This document shows positions 26,336-39,833 of a stretch of 64,000 nucleotides of DNA, piece after piece. The stretch is taken from contig CP075497.1 of assembly GCA_021613535.1 (NCBI GenBank), forward strand, positions 7,936,001 through 8,000,000, written 5' to 3'. Each line of letters begins with the position of its first letter. The stretch's first letter is position 1. Source of the DNA: Adineta vaga. Lineage: Eukaryota > Animalia > Rotifera. The notes below the pieces were generated by a model. The model was not told where the DNA came from and did no database searches. It saw only the letters and a list, made by a program, of their open reading frames with translations. The translations under genes were made by a program, and so were the position numbers.

Positions 26336-29300
26336 ATGCATCGTTTACTGTCCCGAATCCCTGTATTTATTTTCTTATTCTGCCTGACCAACGCAGCTGT
26401 CGATTATGCTGAAAATTCGAATGAAATTGACTTTACACCCGAACATTTCAACGAATGGGTTGTAAGAATTGATGAAGGTAGAAAAAACAAGGAAAACATT
26501 TTTCCAAAGAAATAAATTATCTTTTAACAATAGGTGATGACGTCGCTGATCTTGTTGCTAATGAACTTGGTTTACAAAATAGACGAAATGTATGTCTTCT
26601 TTTTTGTTCATATTATAAATAGAAAATAACACTTTCATGTGTTGTTATTGTTTTTTCTCTAGATCTTCGATAATTATTATTTATTTGTTAATCCATCTGT
26701 TCCACGACGATCGAAACGTGCAACTAATGATTTTACTGATTTACTAACCAAACATGAAAAAGTCAATTGGGCTGAACAACAACAAACACGAAACCGTGTT
26801 AAACGAGATTACATTGATAAACGAGCTCAAGAAGATCGTGTCTATCGTTCCGTATCATTTTCTGATCCAAAATGGTCAAAAGAATGGTACTTAGTAAGTC
26901 ATTTATCTATCTTTTCTTTACATTTTAATCTAATAAACCATCAATTTCCTTTGTAGAAAGATACTAGACCGAAAAGTTCAAGTCAATTACCTAAACTTGA
27001 TTTACATGTATTACCAGCATGGGCGGCTGGTTATACCGGTAAGGGTATTAAAGTAACAATTCTTGATGATGGTCTTGAATGGAATAATTCGGATATCATG
27101 GCTAACTATGATCCAAAAGCAAGCTATGATTTAAATGATAATGATGATGATCCAAGTCCAAGATATGATCCAACCAATGAAAACAAGTAAAAAAATGCAT
27201 AGATATTTGAATAGATAGAATTAAAGAATTTGATCTAGACATGGAACACGATGTGCAGGTGAAGTTGCGATGGTTGCCAACAATTCTATCTGTGGTGTTG
27301 GTATCGCGTAAGAAAATATCTTAAAAAAATAATTTTATATAGAATGAAAATCACGATCATTTTTAATTAGATACAATGCAAAAATCGGTGGTATTCGTAT
27401 GTTAGATGGTCACGTTACTGATCGAGTTGAAGCCGAAGCTATTGCTTTCAATCATAAATATATTGATATCTATTCCGCTTCTTGGGGTCCAAATGATGAT
27501 GGACGAACAGTAAGATAAAACAAAATGAACTGACTAGAATTCAATTGAGTTATTTTAGGTCGAAGGTCCAGGTACACTCGCTTCAGCTGCTTTTATCAAA
27601 GGAATTACAGAAGGACGTAATGGAAAAGGTGTTATCTATGTTTGGGCATCTGGTAATGGTGGACGACGACAAGATAATTGCAAGTAAGTGTACAAAATAT
27701 ATTTTGATCATTCATATCAAACCTAAAACATCTTAAAAACCATTAGTTGTGATGGTTATACCGGTTCAATATATACAATTTCGATTTCATCCGCATCAGA
27801 ACATCAACAATCACCATGGTATGCTGAACGTTGTCCAAGTACAATGGCTACAACATATTCATCAGGTGCTTATCAAGATCAAAAAGTGGTACGATAATGA
27901 ATTTACAAAAACTTCACAAAATTTTTTCTCTTTCTCATCTCTAGACAACAACTGATCTTCATGATTCATGTACTGATGATCATACAGGAACATCTGGTTT
28001 GTCTTTCCTTATTATCAAAAAAAACAAATTAGAATGATAAAAACTTCATTTCCGTTTTTAGCTTCAGCACCATTAGCAGCTGGTATTTTTGCTCTCGTCT
28101 TGGAAGCAAAGTAAGTAATAGAATCATAAATAATATTCACCATATTTTTTTCCTTCTAGTCCGGAAGTCACATGGCGTGATATGCAACATTTAGTTGCAT
28201 GGACATCTGAATATGCACCATTAGCTGACAATCATGGCTGGACAACAAATGGTGCAGGTTTCAAAGTAAACACTTATGTTTTTTTCTTATTGCTCATAAA
28301 TAAAGAATTTTAATCAACGTCGTGACTTTCGAAAAACAAATATTTGATGGTTATATTTCTCTGACTCTTTTGAAAATCATTGAACTATATAATGAACAAC
28401 ATGTTTATTTAATAAGAGCATTCATCTAATTGGTTTTTTTTGTTACTCAGGTAAACAGTCGATTTGGTTTCGGTCTTCTCAATGCCGCAGCATTAACTGA
28501 AGCAGCTAAACACTGGGTCACTGTTCCTAAACAAAGTATTTGCGAAATTGAACCAGTTAAATTTCCACCACAGTAAGTGTTTTTTTCTTGTTTCTCTCAT
28601 AGAACAAAGAAATAATTGATTTATTACAATATCTATTTCTAGAGAAATCAGCGCTTCTCGTCCATTAGAAATTGACTTTGAAGTAACAGGTTGTGAAGGT
28701 GAAAATAATGCTGTCCGCTTTCTTGAACATGTACAACTTTACGTTACAATTCGTTATACACGACGTGGTGCACTCAAAATAAATATTACTAGTCCACATG
28801 GTTGAAGAAATGAAATTTTTCTATCAAATGATTTTATGATTTATGCTTTAGGTACACAAACAACATTATTATCTGAACGTGAACAAGATTCATCAACTGA
28901 TGGATTCAAAAATTGGTCATTTATGAGTGTACACAACTGGGGTGAAAATCCAAAAGGTTTATGGACAATCAAAGTTATGGATACAGTAAATATCTTGAAT
29001 ATATTGTTAGTTGTTTTGCATCAAGGTTTTTTCTTCTTTTCATTTTATAGACAGGCAATATGGAAAATCATGGTGCACTTCAAGATTTCCGTTTAGTTTT
29101 ACATGGCACGGCCGAAGCACCTCATCATATGAAAGCAGGACCACGAGTCTATGATGAAAATTATAATGTCGTTCAAAATGAACGAAGTGTAAGTTACCGA
29201 AGAAAATAGAACGATGTCAAGAGGAAACTGAATTTAGTTGTTTGATAATTTTCTATATGACATATTCTCAACCCGAGCAAGAAATATCGGAATTCTTTTT

Positions 29301-29663
29301 ATTAACACACAAATTCTCTCCATGCATGAAATCTAATGAAGTTAAAGCTGAATTGAAAAATACTCGGTATGAATTTATTCTAGATTCTATGAGAAGTTGT
29401 CAGAATAGAATTTTAATTGTTTTCATAATACTAAACTAAAAGTCAAGTTTCTACAATTCTTTATGTATTTGTAGGAAAAACGTCAAAGTTTAAAAGGTAC
29501 TGGACAACAAGCAATGGTTGAATCAAGCAAACGTTCATCAGTTCCTCAAGAATATCGTGAAACATCAGCTGAAGATCAACTTGACGAAATCAGTACTGTT
29601 CCTAAAACAGATAGCCATTGGCTTCGTATTCTTGCTCGACTCAATGGTAATTGGTTACAATAA
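26336..29663 (+). CDS. PCSK1: Prohormone convertase 1/3 (kexin-like S8B protease), multi-exon
   Basis: Signal peptide; prodomain with RRSKR and RVKR; PC1-typical LPKLDLHV; catalytic motifs [24 protein letters not shown] and HTGTSASAP; P domain LEHVQ...[11 protein letters not shown]; no C-terminal TM segment. Confidence 0.92.
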
Positions 29664-29952
29664 ATGAAATGAAGAAAGAAAAAAAAAGTCTATGAAAATA
29701 TAAATAAGAATATAATCTAATGAATACATTAACTAATGTCAAACATCAATAATCTAGTCATCATCAACATATTCCGTCGAGAAAAATCTTTATTCTCTTT
29801 TCCATTCTATTTTTATAAAACATCGTGAATCTAGATTTTATTTATTTCTCTCTCTCTCTCTCTCTTTCTCGAAATAGAATTTAAAAAAAAAGAAAATCAT
29901 CAACGAAAAAAAAGGAAAAGATGAAGAAAGAAAATGATCTTTTTTTTTGTTT

Positions 29953-31713
29953 CTACAAATTTTGTCGATGATGTCGAGCGAAATTCATTGATAATTCGGA
30001 CACAGTTGTTTGAGGTGTATTATTTGAACTAGTTGTTCGACGTGTACGTTGAGATGAATAGACGATTTTAAGTGCAGTTGGATCCGAGAAACTACGACAA
30101 GAAGCATGGGTTTGGGAAGAAAATTCAGGTGACCATGAAACACATGGGCAAAAACGAAATACACTACGAAAACCATTACGAAATCTAAATGAAATCATAT
30201 TTTCTAAGTAGTAAAAAGACAGAACTGGATGAAACATTACCTATTATTCATACAACAATAGAGAAATGGATTATACATGGAATTACTCATAGCAAAGAAG
30301 TACGAAGGTAAATAGACATAAGGTGTACCAGGCCAATCTGGAATTGATTTATAGACAGAAACAATGACGAAATATAATTGTTGTGGAAACCTAAAAGAAA
30401 ATGAAGATGATGATTATTTTTTTCTTCTGACAGAACGATCTATGTCAATATTCCTACCAGCAAATACCAAAAATTAAAACAACAGCAATAAGCATTTTGA
30501 CAACTTTACGTTTGGATTGAATAGAATCACGTTGTCGTTTAGTTACTTCGCCAATTGCTAAATTAAAGACGAAATTTACAAAGATTTCATTACGAAAAAA
30601 AAAGACAAAAAAACTAAACCAGTTTGTCCCCAGAGTTCAATCGCGATTCTTGTATATGTTATTGTTAATATGACAATTGGACCGACATATGTAACCGAAA
30701 AGAAGATCCATTCAAATCTAAGAAAATTGATTTTATAAAAGAATAACATCAATTTTTCATTTGAGATTTACTTTTCATGACTTTTAATATCAACTATTTC
30801 ACAAGCATGTCTAACATAACTAAATGATCGAATAGCTGGTGATGATACTAATAATGATAAGATCCAAATTCCACACAAAATCATAATTGTTTGTTTATGC
30901 GTTAATTTCGTACGTAATGGATGAATTATAGCGAAATATCTTTTCAATAGGAAACATCAATCATTCTTTCAAAACTAAAACTATATATCTTACCGATCTA
31001 AGCTAATTGCTACATAGGTTAATACATTAGCTGCAATTGATACATGAGAAACAGCTTGTACTAACTTACACATTAGATTTCCGAATGGCCATCGTGCTTG
31101 CGCGACCATATAATAACCATTGAAGGAAATATTGAAAATAGCATTGAGTACATCAGCATATGCAAGATTAACAAGAAAATAATTCGTTGGTGTTCTCATA
31201 CGACGATGAGCGAGAACAATCCAAATAACAATGCTATTTCCACAAACAGCCAAAAGTACAACAAGAGCAAATAATAAAAGAAAGATGAACTAAAAAACAA
31301 AGATCTCAAGATAAAATTCAAGTTTCTTCTATGTATCGAATTTATTAATGATTCTTATCTATATATGAATGTATTTTAGTGGATTCCTTTATGTTTTTTT
31401 CTATAATGAATAATAGACTGAACTGATTAAATCCAAAGTTCAAGTTTACAAAAATTCTTTAGATTTTAATGAAAAAAATCTTTTTTTTTAAAAACTAATG
31501 ATTTTGCATCTGAAGGAGATATCTGATAATATGAATTAAATCACATCTTGTGTTTTTTTTCCAGAAGATATTCTTCGTACTAATTGTAGTTACATACAAA
31601 ACTACGAAAATTTTTTTAAGAGAATTGTTACTTACTTGTACTGGTAAAGGCAATGGTGAAGATTGTTCTTGTTTTGTTGAATTACTATAATTGGAATTGT
31701 TCAGCGTAGTCAT
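29953..31713 (-). CDS. Tachykinin-like neuropeptide receptor (class A GPCR), multi-exon
   Basis: [92 protein letters not shown]...CPC. These motifs are typical of NK/TkR receptors. Confidence 0.88.
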
Positions 31714-31848
31714 TGTTTTCTCATAAACCTATTGACGACTGTTCATTCGTTATATATTTGATTGTCAATACTATCTTGTTACACAAAGCAAAGAAAAAGA
31801 ATGTAATTTTGAGTTTTTGTTACTGTTGCTACTTCTATTTTCTCTCTG

Positions 31849-31849
31849 A

Positions 31850-31885
<36 letters not shown>
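31849..31885. repeat. (CT)n microsatellite
   Basis: ctctctct run upstream of the tachykinin-like receptor. Confidence 0.8.
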
Positions 31886-31890
<5 letters not shown>

Positions 31891-32647
31891 GTCCTCTCTT
31901 TGTTAGCCGCTTCTATGTTTGAATGTAATTCGTTAGCATCATCGCCTCCTCTCTCTCTCTCTCTTCTCATTTATTACTTATCCAAAAAGTTTGCTTGACA
32001 GGCTACAAAGAGATGATGTGAAAGTATAGAGTAACATAGAGAAAACAGTGATATTCATCGAAAACAACAACGAGCAAATCTTTGGAAAAAAAGAGATCAC
32101 AGATCTACTTATCATTCTTTTTTCTCTTATGATGTGCACAGTTATTTGCTTGACAGAATTTAAGATCTTAGTTGTTGTTCGTTGTTTTTAATGTAATCCA
32201 TGGGTTTTCTTTTTGTCAGACAGAGAAACGAGAAGAATGATCTTGTATTCTGATTCTACATGAATTACTGTTTGTTTCATTCAACAAAGAATGATGGAAA
32301 AACCTTTTAAGACTTCTTCATTCTCACATTCACACATCGTTATATTGCAGTAGATCAGCTACTTCTTCATCATAGAAGTGGATAAGTAGTGTATAATTGG
32401 CTGATAATGGATGAGAAAGAACAACTTCAATTCATTTCTCTTTTTTGTTCGTCTTATCTATCAATACATTAATGGAATTTAGAGAAATGTTTTATTTGTG
32501 TGAATCTATGTATTGACAAAGAAAACCGTTTAAAGCATAAGAGTAGTATTCATAGAAAATAGGATCTTTAATACTTGACAATGAAGTTAGATTAAAACAA
32601 CATATTTTGTATAGTACATGGTCGATTGACGATCACCATTGCTGTTA

Positions 32648-33523
32648 TTACTGATTGAGTTGGTTCTGAATTTCGTTCAAATATTGCTTGTAGCTTGGTG
32701 TCACAAATACCAAAGAAATAGCCGTAACAAATGCTCCAGTTGATAGACTTACTCCTTGAATATGATAAGCTAATGGTAAGACATAATTTGTACAAACATA
32801 TATGAAAATAACCAAGACTGTAGGAAAACCAAGTGTAACGACAGCAGTGACAAGAGTGACAAGACGTTTTAAAATAATCAAATCACGTTTATTCGACTTT
32901 TGTCGTCTTTGCTGTTGTGGTATATTATTTGATCGATGAATATATCGAATAATATACATATATATTGAAGAGATGCTCGATGTTGAAGTACCATAAATAG
33001 TCACGATTAAAATAAGTAATCCGCGAACATTTTCAAAACTAATCCAACAATTATATTCTAATGGAAGATATTGAAAATCATCCAAAAGAATACTGGGTAG
33101 AATACAAAGAAATGAAATAATCCATTGAATAAGAACAGCGATCCAAAATACACCGAATGATTGTAGAATTCTATGTTTATAGAAAACAATTCGAAATAAT
33201 CGAAAGATTGCCTGTAAAACAAATGAATAGTATAAAGCACAAAGACAAACATGAACAAAATAAGTACGTATTTGACACCAACGTCCACCTAACCAAATCG
33301 GTGAATTCAAATTTCCATGTTGATTGTATCCATACATAATTAACATCATAATCGAAAATAAAAGCAATGTTGAATATGTATTACAAATTAGAAGAATGAA
33401 AATATTCGTTTTTAATGGATGAATACGAATGAAAATTAAGATCAACATTAACAAGCAAGTTAGAAAAGTTAATGAATAAAAACATAATCCAACATAACCA
33501 AGAATTACTGGTATGTTTACCAT
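32648..33523 (-). CDS. Intronless orphan 7TM receptor G1 (C-terminal tail apparently frameshifted)
   Basis: Seven hydrophobic segments; LICNTY, WCQIRTY, QAIFR, YNCW and NKRD..ILKR shared with G2-G5. The first true ATG is at 33523. Confidence 0.8.
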   Translation of the reverse strand: MVNIPVILGYVGLCFYSLTFLTCLLMLILIFIRIHPLKTNIFILLICNTYSTLLLFSIMMLIMYGYNQHGNLNSPIWLGGRWCQIRTYFVHVCLCALYYSFVLQAIFRLFRIVFYKHRILQSFGVFWIAVLIQWIISFLCILPSILLDDFQYLPLEYNCWISFENVRGLLILIVTIYGTSTSSISSIYMYIIRYIHRSNNIPQQQRRQKSNKRDLIILKRLVTLVTAVVTLGFPTVLVIFIYVCTNYVLPLAYHIQGVSLSTGAFVTAISLVFVTPSYKQYLNEIQNQLNQ

Positions 33524-34363
33524 TGGAATGAAAAAACAAGGTGAAGCAAATAAAAAGGAAAGATTCTGCAAAAGAAAAGAATTATCTGATATAAATCCGC
33601 CTCCGACTAATAAAAACTACATCATGCATAGAATTATCCTTTTAATAGAACCGTCAGTTACATTTCAAGACTGCAAATAACATTCAATTTTGATAAAATC
33701 TGATCAATCGTACAATTATTAAACATGTAGATTTTTCCTTAAATAGAAAGATCATACAATTATAATGATGATGATGTACCCAAAATTTTCTTTTTCACCA
33801 TCATCAACAATAATTTATAATTATCTATCAATGATCATCGTTCACTATTGATTAGATTCTTGATTTATTCTAATCTTATGAATAAGAAGTAGTTTCTTGA
33901 GTACTCATCTCAACAATCCAAGGAAACGGATATAGATATGTAGAATTTTACTCATGCTTTGATTATATAGATAAGAATCAATGATTCTCAGATAAAATAA
34001 TAGAAAATACAACGAAGATCTTCCTTTAATAATGATTGATAACTTTCTACAAACTACACAACAGAAGAAAAAAAAGGTTGTTTTTTTACATTGAATATTT
34101 ATTTGATTGTCAGGATAAATTATGAGAACGAAGGTGAATATATTCAAACGCATTCAATTGATAAGTAAACTTCAGATATTATTAATGATAAAAATTAGTG
34201 AAAAAAACAAATTCTTATCAAAAGTACAAAATCTAATGATAAGTTCATAAGAACTGTATGATTCTAACTATATTCTATATTAAATAAAGTTTAACAATTT
34301 CACAATAGATGGATTTTTATTGAACTGATTTTCATATTGACAGATTAGTTCACGTGAAATCTT

Positions 34364-35284
34364 TTAGTTACCAATAGGATGTACACTTTGCAGTGTCAAT
34401 GCTATCATTCGTGTTTCATGTGGACGAACTTTTGCTTGACGTTGATGGAAAATTGCTTGTATTCGTGGTGTAATGAATACTAAAGAAATGGATGCAATAA
34501 ATACACCAAATGATATACTTAAACCTTGAATATGATAAGCAAATGGTACAACGTATTTCGTTATGATGTAGATTAATACAATAGCAGTTGTTGGTAAACC
34601 TATTCCAACAACAATGAAAATAAGAATCACTACACGTTTTAAAATCATTAAATCTCTTTTATTCGAATTTTGTCGATGTTGTTGAATTTGTGTTGAACGG
34701 CGAGTATAACGTATAATTTGAGTATAAATAGTAAATACAATCGATAGAGGATTATTAAAAATAAATATTATTGCCATTAAAAGTCCACGAATATTTTCAA
34801 AACTAATCCAACAATTATATTCTAATGGAAGATATTGAAAATCATCCAAAAGAATATTGGGTAGAATACAAAGAAATGAAATAATCCATTGAATAAGAAC
34901 AGCGATCCAAAATACACCGAATGATTGTAGAATTCTATGTTTATAGAAAACAATTCGAAATAATCGAAAGATTGCCTGTAAAACAAATGAATAATACAAA
35001 GCACAAAAACAAACATGAGCAAAATAAGTACGTATTTGACACCAACGACCTTCGAATGATATTGTTGAATCGAGATTACCACAAAGATTATAAGAATACA
35101 TTACTAACATGATTGAACTAACTAATAATGAATTGAAATAAGTATTACAAGTTAATAAGACTGAAACGTTCGATTTCAATGAATGAACACGAAGAAAAAT
35201 TAAAATAATCATTGTTATACAAAGAAGAAAATTAATTGAATAAAGACATATACCAATACCAGCAAGAATTACTGCTATATTCAT
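34364..35284 (-). CDS. Intronless orphan 7TM receptor G2
   Basis: 306 aa, 7TM, with TM3/ECL2 cysteines and the family motifs shared with G1. Confidence 0.85.
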   Translation of the reverse strand: MNIAVILAGIGICLYSINFLLCITMIILIFLRVHSLKSNVSVLLTCNTYFNSLLVSSIMLVMYSYNLCGNLDSTISFEGRWCQIRTYFAHVCFCALYYSFVLQAIFRLFRIVFYKHRILQSFGVFWIAVLIQWIISFLCILPNILLDDFQYLPLEYNCWISFENIRGLLMAIIFIFNNPLSIVFTIYTQIIRYTRRSTQIQQHRQNSNKRDLMILKRVVILIFIVVGIGLPTTAIVLIYIITKYVVPFAYHIQGLSISFGVFIASISLVFITPRIQAIFHQRQAKVRPHETRMIALTLQSVHPIGN

Positions 35285-36640
35285 GATAAATACAATATCA
35301 AATTGTTTATAAGATGAAAAAAGTGAATTACATCTAGAAATATTAATCTTTACTTCTTATGTCTTGAAAAATAATTTCGTCTGAAAAGAATTCTATCGTA
35401 GGAATCTAGTTCGACTTTTATTAACATAAAGAGAGAATATGATGGATGAACTTCTAGTTTTTTTAAAAATTTCTTTGACATTTTTCTCTTACCATTTTGA
35501 AAACATATCAGAAATATTAGATTCTTTTTGAAAAAAGATGAATGAGATTTCTGAGAGCATTTCGAGATTCATTAATAAAATAATTTTCTTCATTTCCGAT
35601 CATGCTTTACTAAATATTTTCCATTGTTGATATATAACTTTATGACAATGATGGATATTCTGCTTCTCGTGATTGAAATTGATTAAAGCATGACTTACGA
35701 TTAATAATTTATTAATAATATATTATTCAAGACATATGCATGTCATGTCTTCAATTTCTGTTTGATATCGTAAGAGAAATAAAACAGAAACATATGTTTT
35801 CTTATTGTCACACATATACTCATTAAAACTATTTGTTTTTCAGAGGTGTCTGATCAGAAAGAGACGCAAAGACAACCAAAAATAAACCTCGCCTCAAAGT
35901 GTCAATTTCTAATTTGATGTATATCCATACTGCAGGTACAAAGACTGATAGCTTCTTTCAGTTCTCATCTGTATAATTGAGGAGGATGATGAGAAGTGAA
36001 GCAAAATTCTATATGTTCGAAAATTATTCTTTGCTATTCAATTTTTTTTTAAATTTATCAATACACAGTTAAAATTCACTAAGGTTAATACGGAACACAT
36101 CATTACAATTTGTATTTGATGAACTTTCGGTTTACGTATAAAAATGCGTTAAAATCTTCTTTGTCTTGAATTACCCGTACTTTTCTTGACATTAAGTAGA
36201 ATAATTGGAATTGTATATCAGAAAACAAACTATCAATCGTAAACAAATCATTAATTCGTAAAGTTTGTGTCATTATATTACATATATGTTCAATCAGATA
36301 ATAATTAAAAAGAAACAAATTGACCTATAGATGAACATAATACGAAAAGATATCATTTTTTCATACTCTGAATTTTGATTAAGTTAATCTTATTACTAAA
36401 CATACTTTTCAATTTATTTCTTAATTGTCAGAATCCATTATAATCTAGACTAAATTCCAATTATCGTTCTATTTTTTTAAAACTCCTCTTAAACAAACAT
36501 GATTTGAATATAATCTGTTTCTTATTTAACCTTCGTCTACACTTGAATCTCTTTCTAAATTTGTTCTCTATATATAATCAATTTTTTAAAAATTTTTAAT
36601 TCTCTTCTTCATCGCAGTTTATGAAATTCAGATTTCAAGT

Positions 36641-37567
36641 ATGAATTTTTATCTTATTTGCAATATTTTAAGTTTATTATTTGCTGTTTTGGGACTATTT
36701 ATCTGTCTTACATGCATCATATTCATTTGCAAACATATTCGACCATTGAAAGCAAACATTGCACTTATATTGATATGCAATACCTATCTAACAGAAATAA
36801 TATCATGTATTATAATGATCGTTACATGTTCACAAACTCTTGTTGGCATTTTCAATCCTTCGATGTCTTTCAATGGAATTTTTTGTCAAATTCAATCTTA
36901 TTTTCTTTGTTTTTTTATTAATAATGTGACATATTCATTTGTTATTCAAGGATTATTTCAACTTTGTCGTGTTGTTTTTCATCAAAAACTATTCTTACAA
37001 ACATTACGAATATTTATTATTGCCATGATCATTCAATGGTTATTTGTATGTTTAACCAATCTAATCTATTTTCTATTTCGTGATTTTGAATATATAGATA
37101 GTGAATACCGATGTTTAATACGATTTACTAATCTTCGTGCGTCTTTCATGTTATTTGTAACTGCATATGGCATTCCAGGCAATATTCTTTTCATGATTTA
37201 TTTTGTTATTATTCGACATATTCGACAAAGAAATCTTAGGATACAAAATCGACCACATGGAAAAAAACGTGATATGATTGTGTTGAAACGAATTGTATTA
37301 GTTTTCATAGCTTTACAATTAATTTCGACGCCATTAGCAGTGCTTTCGATCATTTATATCGTTACAGGACATATAGTGGAATTGACTTATCAAATACAAA
37401 ATTTGACTCTGGCATTTTCTCAACTTTTCTTACCGATTTTAATGACTTTGGGAATACCACAAATTCGAGAGAAATTTAAAAGATCACAACATAAAGTTCA
37501 TCCAATTATAAGAAGAAACATACCATTAAACGAACTTAGTGCACGAATTCGAATTCAACGATTTTAA
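36641..37567 (+). CDS. Intronless orphan 7TM receptor G3
   Basis: 308 aa, 7TM; LICNTY, FCQIQSY, YRC, KKRDMIVLKR. Confidence 0.85.
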   Translation: MNFYLICNILSLLFAVLGLFICLTCIIFICKHIRPLKANIALILICNTYLTEIISCIIMIVTCSQTLVGIFNPSMSFNGIFCQIQSYFLCFFINNVTYSFVIQGLFQLCRVVFHQKLFLQTLRIFIIAMIIQWLFVCLTNLIYFLFRDFEYIDSEYRCLIRFTNLRASFMLFVTAYGIPGNILFMIYFVIIRHIRQRNLRIQNRPHGKKRDMIVLKRIVLVFIALQLISTPLAVLSIIYIVTGHIVELTYQIQNLTLAFSQLFLPILMTLGIPQIREKFKRSQHKVHPIIRRNIPLNELSARIRIQRF

Positions 37568-39833
37568 TTGATTGTTTTCAAACAAATATATAATAAATAC
37601 GCATCTTCAAGCAGATATTATAAGTTCATCCGAAAGTGTGTTAGATATCAGCCAATCGAATGTCACAGTAAGGAATATTCTTTTCGTAAAAATCTCAACA
37701 CAAATATGGTATAAATCACCGATATTCCGTTGTTAATTTATCTTGATTTCTGTTTCATTTTGAGTATTTTTTTTCAATTCTTAAAAGACATTCTAATGCA
37801 TTCAGATATATTTTTTGGATAATCAGTCCAATAAAAACTGAAATACATTATATCCATGAAAAATCTATAAAATGTTTATTTAATTCGGGTGATTTATTTT
37901 GATGCCATGCAATCCATGTTATTAAAATAATGAAACAAGAATAAATCGTAATTAGTTAAGTCTTGTTTCAAGTTGAAATTAACTCGTGCAGAATAGCAAT
38001 ATTTTCAAAAAGAATCACCAACAAATTCAAAGCTATGCTAAGAAATAAGAACTTCTATAGGTATTTCAAAATATAAATAGAAAATTATGTTTTTTCTTTG
38101 TAGTTTAATGACGAGAGAGAGAGTACTTTCAAATCATAATTTAATTAGATACAGGTATAGTTGTTTCCAATTGCCTTCTTTGAAAAGATGATGTCATCAG
38201 ATAGTAAAATTGTTTGAAAATCTTCTCTATTGAAGAATATCATACCATTATATTACTCACACCTTTCATGACATCTGATCTGATGATATTAGTTATTAGG
38301 AATATCAAAACTGATTTCTTTCTTTCTTCTCCAGTCTTTAAGACAAACAGACGATATCAATTTTATGAGATGAATACAAATGCAAGATCTTATCTTCTGC
38401 TTAGAGAATTATCTATAAAACTTTTCAATGATATAACAAAAGAATGCGATGGATTACAGATTATGTGTTGTTTCAATATTATTTGCATGCTGTAAGATCA
38501 AACTATTCGCTGATTTGCTGGACATTCGACGGTGATACGAGATTTATTTCGTAGTTTTTGATAGATATGACATCTAAACTGTAATCATTAATAAGATGTT
38601 TCCTGTTCCAAACTTATTCTATCTTTGTCATGTCATTATCTCAAATCCAATTCAATAGAAATGAGTAAAATTTGACAAATGAGTTCGACTTACACGTGGC
38701 TACCTTCCGTTACATAATTAAAATGAATATAAGAAAAAGCAAATGCGCAAATATATGTGTATCTGTAGGCGGTAACCTTTTTTAGTTAAAATCGTAAAAA
38801 TGAAGTTCTTCGAAGGTATTCAGCTGTTTCTATAATTAAAATGATTAGTGTACTGCTTGATCATATATAACAATACATTAGATTTTAAATAATCTAAGAA
38901 AATCACGGAAAAGATTGTGCGTAGTGTCTATATTATCAAAATTTATTCGCACATGTTTTTTCTTTTAAGAAACGAAGACATGAATAACGGTATGATAGTA
39001 AATCATCCAACACCAGATTTATTTATATAGGAGACAAAATATTTTTACCTTCAATGATGCGTTTCATGTCAATTCCTATTTGTGTATGCCTATTGAAACA
39101 TTCTTTATAAATATCCGTTTCATTTATTGATTTTCTTATTGTAAACGTCAGTTAACATGCTATGAAATTTAAATGTGTTCTGTTGAACATTATAAAAAGA
39201 AATAATCAGTTTCTTGAGAGATTTCAAAAAAAAAATCTTTTGTATTTTATAAATAATTAATTCCTTGCTATAACAATCCGATAAGCAACATGTCTTTTCA
39301 TTTGAAATAAATATTTTCCGACATTTTCTATGTCTTTCTCTGTTATAAGTACATATTCGGACCTATATTTGACTGAATACCTGGCAGTTTTCTCTTCTTG
39401 TTTTCGTCACAGGTAAACGTAATAACAAGAAATTATCGGAATAAATAAGGACATCCGAAAATGGAAAAACACACACAGATAATAAAGTCCTGTTAACTCA
39501 ATATAGATTATTCTTATTCATGGTCCATTGTGACAATTTTCTGTTCTTTGGAACAGTGAGAAAGATTTACTTCATCCGAGTTTTAGTTAAGAAAAAGGAG
39601 AACATACCAGAAGAAAAATAGTAAGTATATTTGGACTGTAATTAATGAAGAGTTTTGTAATTATGCAACGTATAATCAACCCTTTTCCCTTTTTGAAACC
39701 GTCTATTATCTTTCTAATGTACGGAGAAAATAGGATTTATTATCTGTTGCAAAAGTATAAACTCTTTTTCCGTTACAATTCTCAATTTTTTCTTACATCG
39801 TAGTATTTATTATTCATTTTAGATTAAAAACAC

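Noticed and set aside
25695-26412. Several 67-133 aa ORFs upstream of PC1
   Set aside because: Low-complexity Phe/Lys-rich translations of promoter/UTR sequence with no recognisable motifs.
37600-39800. Possible decayed GPCR or transposon between G3 and G4
   Set aside because: I could find no family motifs, terminal repeats or transposase fragments by eye.
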